This document shows, one piece after another, positions 40,799 to 53,157 of a stretch of 64,000 nucleotides of DNA (within the stretch, counting starts at the first letter, position 1; the number at the start of each line of letters is the position of its first letter). This stretch comes from Octopus vulgaris (taxonomy: Eukaryota). Where the stretch lies: the NCBI GenBank assembly GCA_951406725.2, contig OX597834.1, forward strand, positions 12,276,001-12,340,000. The letters run 5' to 3'. A program made the translations under genes and the position numbers. The notes below the pieces were generated by a model, which did not search any database, was not told the DNA's origin, and was given only the letters and a program-made list of their open reading frames with translations.

Positions 40799-40819
40799 CA
40801 GATCGATAGACAGACAGAC

Positions 40820-40870
<51 letters not shown>

Positions 40871-41115
40871 TAGATAGATAGACAAACAGACAGACAGACA
40901 GACAGATAGAGAGAGAGATAGATAGACTTTTGGTTGGGGCTGGGGTTAAAATATTTTTATAGTGAAGTAAAAAACGTCTTTAATCGAATGATAATAACGA
41001 TGTTGAAACAAGGGGACTAGAGGGGGTATATGTGGCGATGGTGATAACAATAACAACAATATTAACGACAACAATAGCTATAATATTTGGTCACCTAGCT
41101 ATATGCGTATATATA

Positions 41116-41150
<35 letters not shown>

Positions 41151-41629
41151 CAGTAGTAGGCGATGGAAACGCAGAGAAGTGCAGCAACCACAAACAACAA
41201 GAGCGAAAATGTGGAAGATGACGAGAGATGAGGAGGATGGAGAGGAGGAGGAGAGAAACGTTAATAGCAACGCTGTACAACAACGATGTAACTTGTCAAA
41301 CAACAAGAACAACAACAACGATGATGATAACGAAAACTACGATAGCAACAAGAGCAGCAGTAACCCAACAACAACAACACTAACAACAACAGTAATAATA
41401 ACTATGGTAGTAGTAGCAGCAGCAGCAGCGACAGCAGCACTAGCAGTAGCAGCAGCAGCAGCAGCGTTGACGATGACTACGACGGCGACGGCGGCGGTGG
41501 TAGTGGCAACGACAGCGGCACAGTACGAGCGAAACCGGAGAGAAGTTCAGACGTAGAGGAGAGAGACGGGTTCGAACCCCACTACCATTTAGGCAACTAA
41601 ACCGCCAAGGACTAAAATATTTGAGTGTT

Positions 41630-41817
41630 TTATGTTTTTGCTATTGTTGTTGTTGTTGTTGATAGTGGTGATGGTGATGTGCGTGTTTGGAATTGTGTAG
41701 GGTGGGAGTTTTTCTTGATTGTGGGTTCGATGTTGCTGTGGTTGTTGTTGTTGTTGTCGCTGTGTTCGTTGTTGTAGATTTGATTGTAGCTGTAAAACCG
41801 TTGACGTATTATGTAGT

Positions 41818-41858
<41 letters not shown>

Positions 41859-43222
41859 TAATAATAATCGAAAAAGCTGTTGTGATGGTAGTATTTGTAG
41901 TGGTAGCAGTATGGGTTGTGGTTGTTGTTTTTGCTGTTTTGGATAGTGTTTTGGAGGTAGTGATAAGAGAGGTTGTGACGAAATTGAAGAAAGTGTAGAC
42001 GGAGGTAGAGGTGATTGCAAATTTGTTGAAGCTGTTTGCAACGATAGAAATTCCTATAGTTTAATAATAATAAGTATGTGTAGCACTTGTAAATCCTGTT
42101 GATCTTTTTATTGTTGCTGTTGAGGCTGCGGTTATATGAGCCGTTACGGTGATAGTTGCCGATGTATTTGTCGATGCAGGGGTGAGATTTGCTATCGTTA
42201 TTGCAAAAACCGTAGTAACAGCAGATAGAGCAATAGTTATTATTATTATTATTATTATAGTATAAGCGGTAGTTATCTAAATAGTGGTTTTGAAAATGAT
42301 ATTGCTGCTGTTGTAGTTGGTGGTACTGATTGTAGGTTTTAACGTGATCGTAATGGTGTCGTTGGCAGCGGTTTTGGTGGTAGTGCTGGCAAAAGGTCAG
42401 TGGATAGTGGCAGTGCAGGTAAAGAGTGTAGCAATTCTCGTGGTTTTGATGTTTGTTGTGAAGTTGATAGTGTTCGTATTGTTTCTGTTGGTATAACAAA
42501 ACGTCAGACGATGGTTTACAATAATCAGTTAGTAACGAAAAATGTGGAAATTTCGTGCAGAAATTTCTACCGCTTAACAAGAACAGCGATAACAAGAAAA
42601 ACAACAAATAGTGGAATATGATGGATTTAGTTGTAAAGAGGTAGGTGAAAAAGCTACAGACTGGGTTGCTGTTTTTGTTGTAGTTGGAAATGGCTATGAG
42701 TAAGTTGATGATATTAATGATAAGGATGATGGTGATGCTGTTAGCATTGGTGACAGATGTAGTGGTAGTTTTGAGGAAGTTAAAATTACTGAAGATGAAG
42801 ACAAATAAAATAAAAGAAGAGATGAAGAAAAGTGGGAAGAAAGAAGCGATAGAAACGGAAGAGACGAAATGATTTTGTTTGAATTTGTGATGCCTGGAAA
42901 ATAGAAAACATGAGCTTAATAGCGGAATAGAAGTAATACAGAATATGAAAAAATGAGTTTGTGAGATGTAGTGTCTGAAAAATTCAAGAGAAATTGAAGG
43001 GAAATCGAGTCTGGGAAGAGCAGACGACAGGGATAACACCACGTAAATTTTGTTGGCGGAAAGGGCTAAGTAAATGGAGGAGGCGACGGAAAGGAGGAAT
43101 GTGGAGTAGAGGAGTACGATTGAAGAAAAGTGGAAGGTTTGAATGCATTTCACTAAAGACAACAGGGCATTCAAGTTTTCTCCAAATTCATTGTAGTGGC
43201 CAGCTGCAGTAATAACAGTCAT
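41630..43222 (-). CDS. Orphan single-exon 530-aa ORF: hydrophobic N-half, His/Tyr/Asn/Gln/Cys-rich low-complexity C-half; function unknown
   Basis: ATG at 43222, TAA at 41630. By manual count about 42 stop triplets occur on this strand in the interval, all in the other two frames. Only trinucleotide repeats occur inside. No recognisable domain. Confidence 0.4.
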
Positions 43223-44333
43223 TGATATATAGAAATCGATGTATTATTAATATTAAATTTAATATTGATAATCAGGATGTTGGTCAAGAAGAAGAGAAAT
43301 ATTAATAGTGGTGGTAGTTGTAGTAGAAATAACAGTAGTTGTATTAGTAGTTGTAGTAGTGGTGGTAATTAGGAGATAGTAGAGAAGGAAAGTAGTAATA
43401 TTCACGATGATGATGACGGCGACGACGACAACTCGGCGACGGTGGTGACGGTGGCTATTTTGGTGATGTCGATGATGGTGATAATATAATCCGAAAACGT
43501 TTAAAGAGTTACAATTATTATCATTATCAACACTGGTATAATAATAATAATGATAATAATAATATTAATGATATAATCTCATTAATATGGAAAATAAATA
43601 TTTTCGTGAGTTAAAATATATAAATATATATACATATAGATGTTTGTTTGTATGTGAGCATATGTATATTTTAGACGGGTATTTAACATTCTATTACATA
43701 TATATGTATATGTATGTGTATATATTTACATGTATATACTTCTTAAAATTTTGTATGATATACTTCTATACATATGCGTGTGTGTATATGTGTATATATC
43801 TTTGTGAATAAGTGTATAGAGAGAGACAATATACGTGTATATTTGAAAGTGTGAAAAAGAAGATATATCACATATGATTTTTAGCTTTATGTATATTCAT
43901 TCGTTGGATTCTTTCTGTAATTATATATATATATGTGTGTGTATATATATGTGGATATATACATATATATTGTGTTGATTATTTTCAATTATTTTCATGT
44001 AATATATTTATGTATATTCATATATACATATATAAATAAATATATCTATATGTATAGATTGAAATATATATTCTTTCCCTTTATAATTATTATTTTATTT
44101 TTTGCTTGCTTTCATATTATTTTTTTTTTTATATGCATATATATTTTTTTTTCTGCTTTTGGTATACTTGTTGTTATATTTCCTCTGTCTTTGATTTGTA
44201 TCCTCCTTTTGTGTATATTCCAAGATATTATGCGTGAAACAAAAATAATAATGATAATAATAATATTATTATTAATATTATTATTATTCAGGGAAGATGA
44301 GAAGAATGCCAGCCTGTTGATATAATTTCCGAT

Positions 44334-44375
44334 GTCCACTGCTTGTTTGGTATCCTGCAATTACAAATGAAAAGT
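44334..44375 (-). other. Candidate splice acceptor opening a 5' exon upstream of the 530-aa ORF and the iGluR start
   Basis: Minus strand ACTTTTCATTTGTAATTGCAG|GATACC; AG at 44356-44355. Motif evidence only. Confidence 0.4.
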
Positions 44376-44514
44376 TCCCATTATGTAACATACATGCTAC
44401 TGACATATATATGCATGTATATATCCTTGTGTGTTTGTGTGTGTGCATGTGTATAATTGTATACATTCACACAAAAAGACATTAATTTATATATAAATAT
44501 ATCGATAGTTAGAC

Positions 44515-44563
<49 letters not shown>

Positions 44564-44668
44564 AATATATATATATGTATATAAATGTGTATATATACAT
44601 ATATATATGTATATAAATGTGTTTATATATATATATATGTGTGTGTGCGCGCGTAAATATGTATATAG

Positions 44669-44712
<44 letters not shown>

Positions 44713-44753
44713 AAATATGTATATAGATATATGTGTGTGTGTGCGCGTAAATA

Positions 44754-44820
<67 letters not shown>

Positions 44821-45674
44821 CAACTATAGTGATATCGATGTTATTACAATAAACACGAGTCGCATAGTATATAATGCATGGAAAAAGAAAAAGAGAAAAA
44901 AACAAAAAAAAACAAAAACAAAATAAGAGTTGTAGACGAAACAATAAGACAATACCAGAAACAACGGAAGAATTCCATTTACCGAAGCAAAACAGTTATA
45001 GCATACTAACACAGTTCTTACACCACAAACAGACAATACTGCATAGACCTCGGGAGCGTAGAAGGGGAGCACTTGGCGGTGCAGCATAAACTCGCAGCAA
45101 ATAGTTAAAGACAAGCTTATGATAATAATGTTCATTACAATAATGATAATAATAATGATAATAATAATAATATATTGTACCAGTAAAATGCAGTGGCCGT
45201 TCTGTAATCACCTACCCGGCCTTCTCTTCTATAATTATGCGACTGTCTGTCTATACAAATTTATAGTCTTTGAATTTATCATTATTATCATTATTGCTCT
45301 TAGTGTTGTCGTTGTTGTTGTTCCTAGAGGTGGTAGCTGTGATGTTGTTGTTGTTGTTTTTGTTGTTATTATTATATATATTCACAAACCTTCAGAAAGA
45401 GTGTTCTAATATTTAACGAATAAAAGTTTAAGTTGCTGCGTGTGTGTCTCTGTGTGCGTGTGTGCGCGAGCTTATGACACTTCTCTCAGCCAAATAAATC
45501 TATCAATCTCTTTTTCTAACTCTACGTTTCTGTTACAGTCTTTCAAGCATTCCCTTTCGTTCTCTTTCTTTCATCCTTTCTTTTGTTCGTTCTTTCTATC
45601 TGTCTTTGCCTCTCTCTCACTCTCTTTATCTTTCCACACACACACAACACACACACAAACATATGTATATATAT

Positions 45675-45830
45675 GGTGAAGTGGCTATGTGATAGGAATC
45701 TTACTTCCCGACCATATCGCTCCAGTTTCAAACCCACTCCGTGGCACATTAGACAAGTCTCTTCTATATAGTGTCGGGCCGACGAAAACCTTTTGATTGG
45801 ATTCGTTAGACGGAAACTGAAAGAAGCCCC

Positions 45831-45884
<54 letters not shown>

Positions 45885-46136
45885 AAAAAAACACGCACAC
45901 GTGTGAGTGTTTGTGTGAGTGTGTATGTGTGTGTCTTTGTGTCTGTGTTTTGTCATTCCACTATCGCTTCACAATTGAAGTTAGTGCGTTTACATCCCTT
46001 TAAATTAGCGGATCGGCGAAAGAGGCCGACAGAATGAGCATTGAGGGCGATTTCTTCGAATAAAAAAAAAAATCCTTTAAGGTGGTGCTGCAGCTTGGCC
46101 ACAGTGGGATGACTGAAAAAAGTGAGAGAATAAAAG
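45675..46136 (+). mobile_element. SINE family A, diverged
   Basis: Head, GACGGAAACTGAAAGAAGCC and tail GGTGCTGCAGCTTGGCCACAGT...GACTGAAA. Confidence 0.8.
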
Positions 46137-46317
46137 TTAAAAAAATAATGTATCTATCTACCTATTTATCTATCTATCAAAACAAAAATAGGGTAATCAA
46201 ATATCCATCCGGGTCATGAGCTCAGAAGTTAGGATTGCTGGATTCTACGGTGAATATATAAAGCGTAGTGGAGAGGAGGGCAGTCAATCGCAGGGTTACG
46301 CATTTTTGTAAGAGCAT

Positions 46318-46694
46318 TGGATTGGAAGCACTCCGTCGGTTCCGACGACGAGGGTTCCGGTTGATCCGAATCAACGGAACAGCCTGCTCGTGAAATTAAC
46401 GTGTAAGTGGCTGAGCACTCCATAGACACGTGTACCCTTAACGTAGTTCTCGGGGATATTCAGCGTGACACAGAGAGTGACAAGGCCGGCCCTTTGAAAT
46501 ACAGGTACAACAGAAACAGGAAGTAAGGGTGAGAGAAAGTTGTGGTGAAAGAGTACAGCAGGGATCACCACCATCCCTTGCCGGAACCTCGTGGAGCTTT
46601 AGGTGTTTTCGCTCAATAAACACTCACAACGCCCGGTCTTAGAATCGAAACCGCGATCCTACGACCGCGAGTCCGCTGCCCTAACCACTGGGCC
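46318..46694 (-). mobile_element. SINE family C with 14-bp TSD
   Basis: Head GGCCCAGTGGTTAGGGCAGCGGACTCGCGG...GTTTCGATTC; TSD TTTTGTAAGAGCAT at 46304-46317 and 46695-46708. Confidence 0.9.
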
Positions 46695-46850
46695 TTTTGT
46701 AAGAGCATAGAACTGAAGGAAAGTGAAATAGAGTCTAACGCCAAGGAATTGAGGGCATTGTCTGGCTAGGGACTCTAAAGAACATACTCCCGATCACGTG
46801 TACAATATCCGAACAATTTTGACTTGTGCCTCTACACGTACGCATATGTT

Positions 46851-46899
<49 letters not shown>

Positions 46900-47530
46900 A
46901 CGTGAGTGTTTGTATGTATGCATGTATCTGTGTCTGTTAGTGTGTGTGGATTTGAAACCTGTATCTGCACAATATAATGCCGAATCTATTGTCCGGCATT
47001 CTCATCCGCTATGTTCGGTGCCTAGTGTTGCAGAAATCCATTTCCTGTACAACAGATTCGAAATCCTAATTTGCTGAAAACCAACATGCTGTTGATTTGT
47101 ATTTATCAATACACACAAACACACACTTCCACGTCAGCAAACTTACCTACGCGAACACATTGAACAATCACACACTCGAGAATAATGTATAAATAAAAGT
47201 CATATCCCTTTTTCAGGCATTAATGTAAAATTTTCTATCGTAACGCTTTTTCTCTTTGTGTTCAACAGAAATAGAAAATATTCACGTTTAAAGCGTTAAC
47301 GTATTCATATATGAACATATATGAAACCCCAAAATTGCCAAGGAGCAAATGATTGAGTAAGATATACAACAAAATACATACCTACATTCGTATCTGTATG
47401 TATGTATGTATGTATGTATGGATGAATGTATTGGCAAGTACAAAATTAAAAAAATATCAACAAAAGTCAAACGTATATACACAGGAAATATATTAGCTGA
47501 CGCTCAGTTTAAGATGGAACAAAAGTGGGA

Positions 47531-47568
47531 GGTGTAACGTTTCGGACATGATACTTCGTCAGAAACAG
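47531..47568 (-). ncRNA. Minimal hammerhead motif, weak stem II
   Basis: GUUU-CUGACGA-AGUAUCAUGUCC-GAAA-CG-UU/ACAC within a pLTR-like repeat. Confidence 0.45.
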
Positions 47569-47669
47569 AGTAGAGTAAAGTTCCATACAGAAAGCAATAA
47601 AATTCCAAGAAAAATACGTGTTTGGTTACATGGTTAATGTATACATACATTTATCTCTCTCTCTGTATA

Positions 47670-47715
<46 letters not shown>

Positions 47716-47747
47716 AATATATTATGTGACAATTATTCGGTAGCCAT

Positions 47748-47808
47748 GATAAAACTCCGAGCTTTTGATGTCGGGGTGGAAACCCACGCCGACATCTCTT
47801 CAGTTATA
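47748..47808 (-). ncRNA. Hammerhead motif with 12-bp stem II and G12-to-A change (probably inactive)
   Basis: AUAA-CUGAAGA-GAUGUCGG-C-GUGG(GUUU)CCAC-C-CCGACAUC-AAAA-GCUCGGAG-UU/UUAU. Confidence 0.6.
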
Positions 47809-47837
47809 GGGTCATCGAAAAAAATGCTACGAAATAA

Positions 47838-47888
<51 letters not shown>

Positions 47889-48121
47889 CTCCGGGAATCG
47901 AGATATAGAAAGGAAGTTAGCTTGTAGGAATAAGTAATAATTTAAAAAAAAAAAAAAAATTTCCGGGACAGCAGTAGTTTAGTGCTACGGAAGGTTGTGC
48001 ATTTTTTCGTATCGAAGTACGATAAAGTGCAAAAAGTTCGTTTTATATTCCATGGTAGGCAGGTAGGATAGTGGGATGTATGAATAAAAATACAAGAGAT
48101 ATAGAATGGAGTAGATGAGTT

Positions 48122-48212
48122 CCAGGCTATATATGTTTCATAGCGACTGGAACCTCAGAAGAGGTAAATATCCAGGCGTGATGTATTCCGCAGGCTACTC
48201 GTCAGGCTAAGG
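48122..48212 (-). ncRNA. Hammerhead motif with intact core and branched stem II
   Basis: UAGC-CUGACGA-GUAGC[...CUGGA..ACCUC(UUCU)GAGGU-UCCAG..]GCUAU-GAAA-CAUAUA-UA/GC. Confidence 0.6.
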
Positions 48213-48244
48213 ATATCTTAATTAAAAGTTCATATATATAAATA

Positions 48245-48493
48245 TATATATGAATAAGTAAATAAATGGAGTTGAACGAAGATGTTAACAAAATTCCCTT
48301 ACTCACGACATATGTTTCGCAGACAACATGGTTTTATTCCAAAGGAATAAACGGTGCAAGATGCAATCTTCTCATCAGAAAAGGGGAGCCTCTCTCAACA
48401 ACAAGACAAAACAATGTCTTCGAAACATGTCGAGAATAAAAGAATTTTGTTAACATCTTCGTTCAACTCCATTTATTTATTTATTCATATATA
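48245..48493. mobile_element. Divergent inverted pLTR pair (~50-bp near-perfect arms) containing a hammerhead on minus (48296-48386)
   Basis: Arms 48247-48296 and 48442-48493. Minus strand reads CUGAUGA-GAAGA...UUUAUUCC(UUU)GGAAUAAA...UCUGC-GAAA-CAUAUG-UC/; the plus arm keeps the 3' half UCUUC-GAAA-CAUG-UC. Confidence 0.7.
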
Positions 48494-48813
48494 AAACCCC
48501 TATAAGTGGAATCTCTATGTGTTTGATTATACACTATACCGTATATATATATATATATAGAGAGAGAGAGAAAGAGAGTAAGATATGTAGAGAGAGGTAG
48601 GTAGGTACGTGAGTGTATATGTACATACGTTGAGAGATATAGAAATAAATAGATACATCAATCAACAGGTATATATACATTATTAGATAGATAGATTTAT
48701 ACACAACCGATGTTACCCACATTATATTTAGAGTGGGATTCAAATGTAATGAAAATGTCTCTATAAAGGGACCATATTTATGAATACATGTTTACTTAAA
48801 GTATATATGCATG

Positions 48814-48847
<34 letters not shown>

Positions 48848-49228
48848 TGCATAAGAGAGACAGTGCGAGACAGGAAGATGGTGGAACAACATGGAGAGAG
48901 AGAGAAAGCGGGCGACAGTGAGATGTATATTTTTCTGAGGTCATGAATTCGTGATTCTACCGCTGCTGCATTTAATATAAATCGAGTGATGTTGTCATCA
49001 GAGGAAACCAGAAACAAAGAATCGGAAGAGGTATATTTTGAATATATATAGACCGGTAAAAGCGAAAATGGAAAGCGGAAATATACATATGCATTCGAAA
49101 TGTCGAGAATTATGAGCGTGTATGCGCCTATGTGCAGCGAAGTATGCACGCAAGCAAGTGTGTGTATTCATTTTTTATGATTGTTGATATACTTATAACC
49201 CATGCATATATATATATCCTCTCTCTCT

Positions 49229-49271
<43 letters not shown>

Positions 49272-49360
49272 GTATATAGATATATTCACACACACAGACA
49301 TATATGCGTGTACCTATATATGTATATATATATATATATGTGTATGTGTATGTGTGTGTG

Positions 49361-49508
49361 TGTCCCAACATCGCTTGACAACCGATGCTGGATTGTTTAC
49401 GTCCCCGTAACTTAGCGGTTTGGCAAAAGAGACAGATAGGATAAGTACTTAACGCTGCTCCAGCATGGCCGCAGTCAAATGTTTGAAGCAAGTGAAAGAG
49501 TAAAGAGT
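49361..49508 (+). mobile_element. SINE family A, 3' half
   Basis: ATCGCTTGACAACCGATGCTGG to the tail. Confidence 0.8.
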
Positions 49509-50150
49509 ATATATGTGTGTGTGTGTGTGTATATTATAGAAAGAGGGGGAAAAGAGAGAGAGGAAAAGAGATAGAGAGAAAGAAAAAAGAAACGCTATAC
49601 TGCCTAATTCTTGATTTATAGAAATTATTGTTTGGTTGGAAAACATTCATACTGATGACGCCTGATGTGGCAGAAATATGTGACACGATTCTCTCTTCTC
49701 TCCAGACAATACATCTGTTCTTTCATTTAACGGCTTGCAGCTATGAAGAATTTTTGATCTTTGAGATTATATACCTTTCTTCTATGGAGCTTGTGTCAAT
49801 TGTTATTTGGTAATTGTGACACATGCTTTAGAATCTGGGATAATTTCGATAATCAAGAATGTTAGTTACATGATAGTTTTCATAGCTCTAATTCTCTTTG
49901 CTGCCCAAATCCAGACTACTAAGTGTTTTCAGTAATATTTTGTTAGGTCATATTTGGATACTTATATGTAAGTATATGTTTATACACATATATACACGCA
50001 CACACACAAACGCTCTTACTTATGCACATATGTGTATGTGTATATATTTTTACACAAACAGTTATGTAAACATATATACAGAGATATGTATATATATATA
50101 CATACATTCATACACAAACAGTTATGTAAACATATATACAGAGATACGTA

Positions 50151-50684
50151 CCCTATCTTGCCCATGATATTAATCGTCTGGAAGCCGTTCAGCGACGTGC
50201 AACCAAAAGAATACCCTCCATCAGGCATTTGCCATATTCTGAACGCCTTACTTCCCTGGGCATGGACACATTGATACTCCGACGTCTGGCAGCTGACTTG
50301 GCAGACACCCATAACATTATTAACCATCTTACAAACAATAACTCTGAGCACCTTTTCAAACTCCACCCGTCTAACACCCCTGGACATATTTACAAAGTCA
50401 GAAAACAGCACAGCTCCCATGACTTTAGGAAACATTTTTTCACGCTGAGAGTTGCTGAAGCATGGAACAAACTGCCGGCATCAGTTGTTAGTTGTCGGAG
50501 CACTGCATCCTTCAAATCTTCCATGTTTCCTGAGATTCGCCAACACTACACCTGATTTTCTCCCCTCCACACACACACAAGCATGTATCTGACTCATACA
50601 TTGTTTGCTTTCCAGACTTTATACGCACTTTCTGACAAGTGGTGCACCTGAGCACTGTATACAGTAATTTCATTATTATTATTA
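50151..50684 (+). mobile_element. CR1-clade LINE, 5'-truncated, with uninterrupted ORF2 C-terminus, 3' UTR and (ATT)n tail
   Basis: PYLAHDINRLEAVQRRATKRIPSIRHLPYSERLTSLGMDTL..RRL..DL...HFFTLRVAEAWNKLP: classic CR1 motifs LE.VQRRATK, Y.ERL and FF..RV...WN.LP; stop at 50555. Confidence 0.92.
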
Positions 50685-51976
50685 TATATACGTACATTCA
50701 TACACAAACAGTTATGTAAACATATATACAGAGATACGTACGTACATATATACGTACATTCTGAGTGTGTGTCTTTCTGTATGCGTATTTTTCTTGTTAG
50801 TATACTAAGAGTCATATCATTGACGTACGAAACAAAAAAACTACAATGCTCTCTTAGTCCCATTATAAACAGTACTTCAATATTTCAGCAAACGAAGATT
50901 AGCCCTGAGATTAAAGATTTTAAGTTTGATACATTTAATGGATATCGTCTCATACCGAAACATCGAGCAATATCCAAGTACTTAGAGATAGTGAATGACA
51001 AAATTATCGAGAGTGGGGAACTAGAGAGGAAAACTGCAGGCGAATTGTGTAATGAGTGCTAAATTGAAGAGAGATATATCTGTTGTAGAAGTATAGATAA
51101 ACAAGATCATTAAATTGAATAGAATAGGGATGCGCATAAATCGAGTTATTTGGCCTATAGTTAGAAAACAACAGTGAACAAATGATAAAACTGAGAACTA
51201 TACTTCAATATGCTGTGAACAACACTTCCTTACAAGAGAATATTCCACACAAAATTTGCACAGAATTTAGGATATTTCCGAATGTCGAAATAATTTCAAA
51301 AAAACATTGCGAGATACGGGTACGTTTGAAGGAGTATCAAAGAGACTCCGCCTGCAATTTCATAACGTTATTAGAATTTAAATTGAATAAAGTCTCATGG
51401 AAGAAATATTTTTTCAAGTGGCGACACTTCGAAGATATCTCAAACTTTCAGTACAACAGCTTTACAAGAGATATAAAGGTTAAAACTATTTTCTTTTATG
51501 ACTAGTCAGCGCGATCCTGTTTCCTGTGTATTATTTGGCGAATTTTATCAGCCATTTTTACTAGTCATAATACAGTAAGAGAAGAAGTGGCACTTTTTAT
51601 CGCATGATGAAAAATATGAGTATGGTTGTTTTGTGAGGATTTTCCGTCAAGCTACCATTCCATAAGCCCGTATTTCTGGTAGCTTAATACATTGCCATGT
51701 AATTCATCACCACTAGTCGTTTTGAAGATACTATCATCGGATATGCTAGTATATAACTACAAGCTATGGGCATATTTTAATGGCAATAGCTAAATTTATA
51801 GAGCGTGAGCTTAGAAGGATAGGATCTGAGTTGCTTCGGCTTCTGAAATGATATATTTAATCTCCTTCCAGCAGAAACATAAATGTATAAAATTCGAAGT
51901 TTATAGAGAGGAAGGCTACGTAATTTCTTAAAATGTTCCCATCCGTGAGGGATATGCTGATAAGAAATTCGTAATT

Positions 51977-52200
51977 AAGGCGGCGAACTGGCAGAAACAT
52001 TAGCACGATGGGTGAAATGCTTAGCGGTATTACGTCTGTCTTTACGTTCTAAGTTCAAATTCCACCGAGTTTACTTTCCATCCTTTCGGGATCGATTAAA
52101 TAAGTACCAGTTACGCACTGGGGTCGATATAATAGACTTAATCCATTTGTCTGTCCTTGTTTGTCCCCTCTACGTTTAGCTCCTTGTGGGCAATAAAGAA
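51977..52200 (+). mobile_element. SINE family B monomer with ~14-bp TSD
   Basis: ATAAGAAATTCGTA at 51960-51973 and 52201-52214. Confidence 0.9.
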
Positions 52201-52474
52201 ATAAGAAATTCGTAGTTTTTTCATTAATAAGCTAAAAATGTCTCCGAAATCGAAGCATTTCACAGGCGATTGGTTTTTACTTAAGGAACGCCCTGTCATT
52301 TTGATAATCTTGGGAATAAAATCGAATCTTCAACGTTACCATTACAGTGGCTGTATTCATTTTGTTGCATTTTAAAGATTTCCAGTTATACACTGATCCA
52401 CTATTTATCCTATGGGGTAAATATAAATTTCTGTTTTGCTCCTCTCTCCCGCTTTCTCTCGCTCCAACATGTGT

Positions 52475-52508
<34 letters not shown>

Positions 52509-53157
52509 GTGTGTGTGTAGAGAGAGAGGGAGAGAGAGAGAGAGAAAGGGAGATATATTCTGTAAACTCCTATTCCTTATATTTATGCGTCCATTTATAG
52601 GTAAGTATCATTGAAATCTATTCTGCAGGAGAATGAGAAACACGTCAATGTGAACATCCTTTACTTTAACAGAAAAAGGAATTCAAATTATTCTATGAAA
52701 CATGTTTGACTTTCAAATTAATTTTCTTTGTATTTTCATGGCACTATTTTCAAGTCACTATCAATTACATATCTTGATATGTCAACATGTGTCTTCCTCT
52801 GGCTTCCTCATTTTCAGTTATACATGTCCATATTCAGAATTGGGCTTTCTTTCCTCTCACACATAACTGCTTTATATTCCTGTCCAATTCTTTTCCTACG
52901 CATTATTATAAATTCCTGTATTTACTCCTCTTCTTTATTATTTTCTTTTCAGTGCTTAATATTTTGCTCCCAAATGATTCTGCTACAATGAAATACAAGA
53001 TGAAGAGGAACCAATCCAACTGTTTCTATTCTAAGAGTCTTTCTAGTCAGACTTACTCCAAAGTATAGTTGTTTTTATTCATCAACGATCTAATAAATCC
53101 AATCCTCTCTGTGAAACACCTTGCATTCAAGTTCTATCATGCTTTCATGATCCTTTA

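Noticed and set aside
46620-46694. tRNA genes at SINE heads (also 17604 and 56827)
   Set aside because: A and B boxes are present but there is no complete cloverleaf, and they continue into SINE bodies, two of them with TSDs.
48245-48493. Classical MITE interpretation of the 50-bp inverted arms
   Set aside because: The arms extend into hammerhead 3' halves and resemble pLTR ends, so an inverted Penelope pLTR explains them better.
50769-51505. Two ~100-aa ORFs in non-repetitive DNA
   Set aside because: No motif or splice support; the lengths are within chance expectation.
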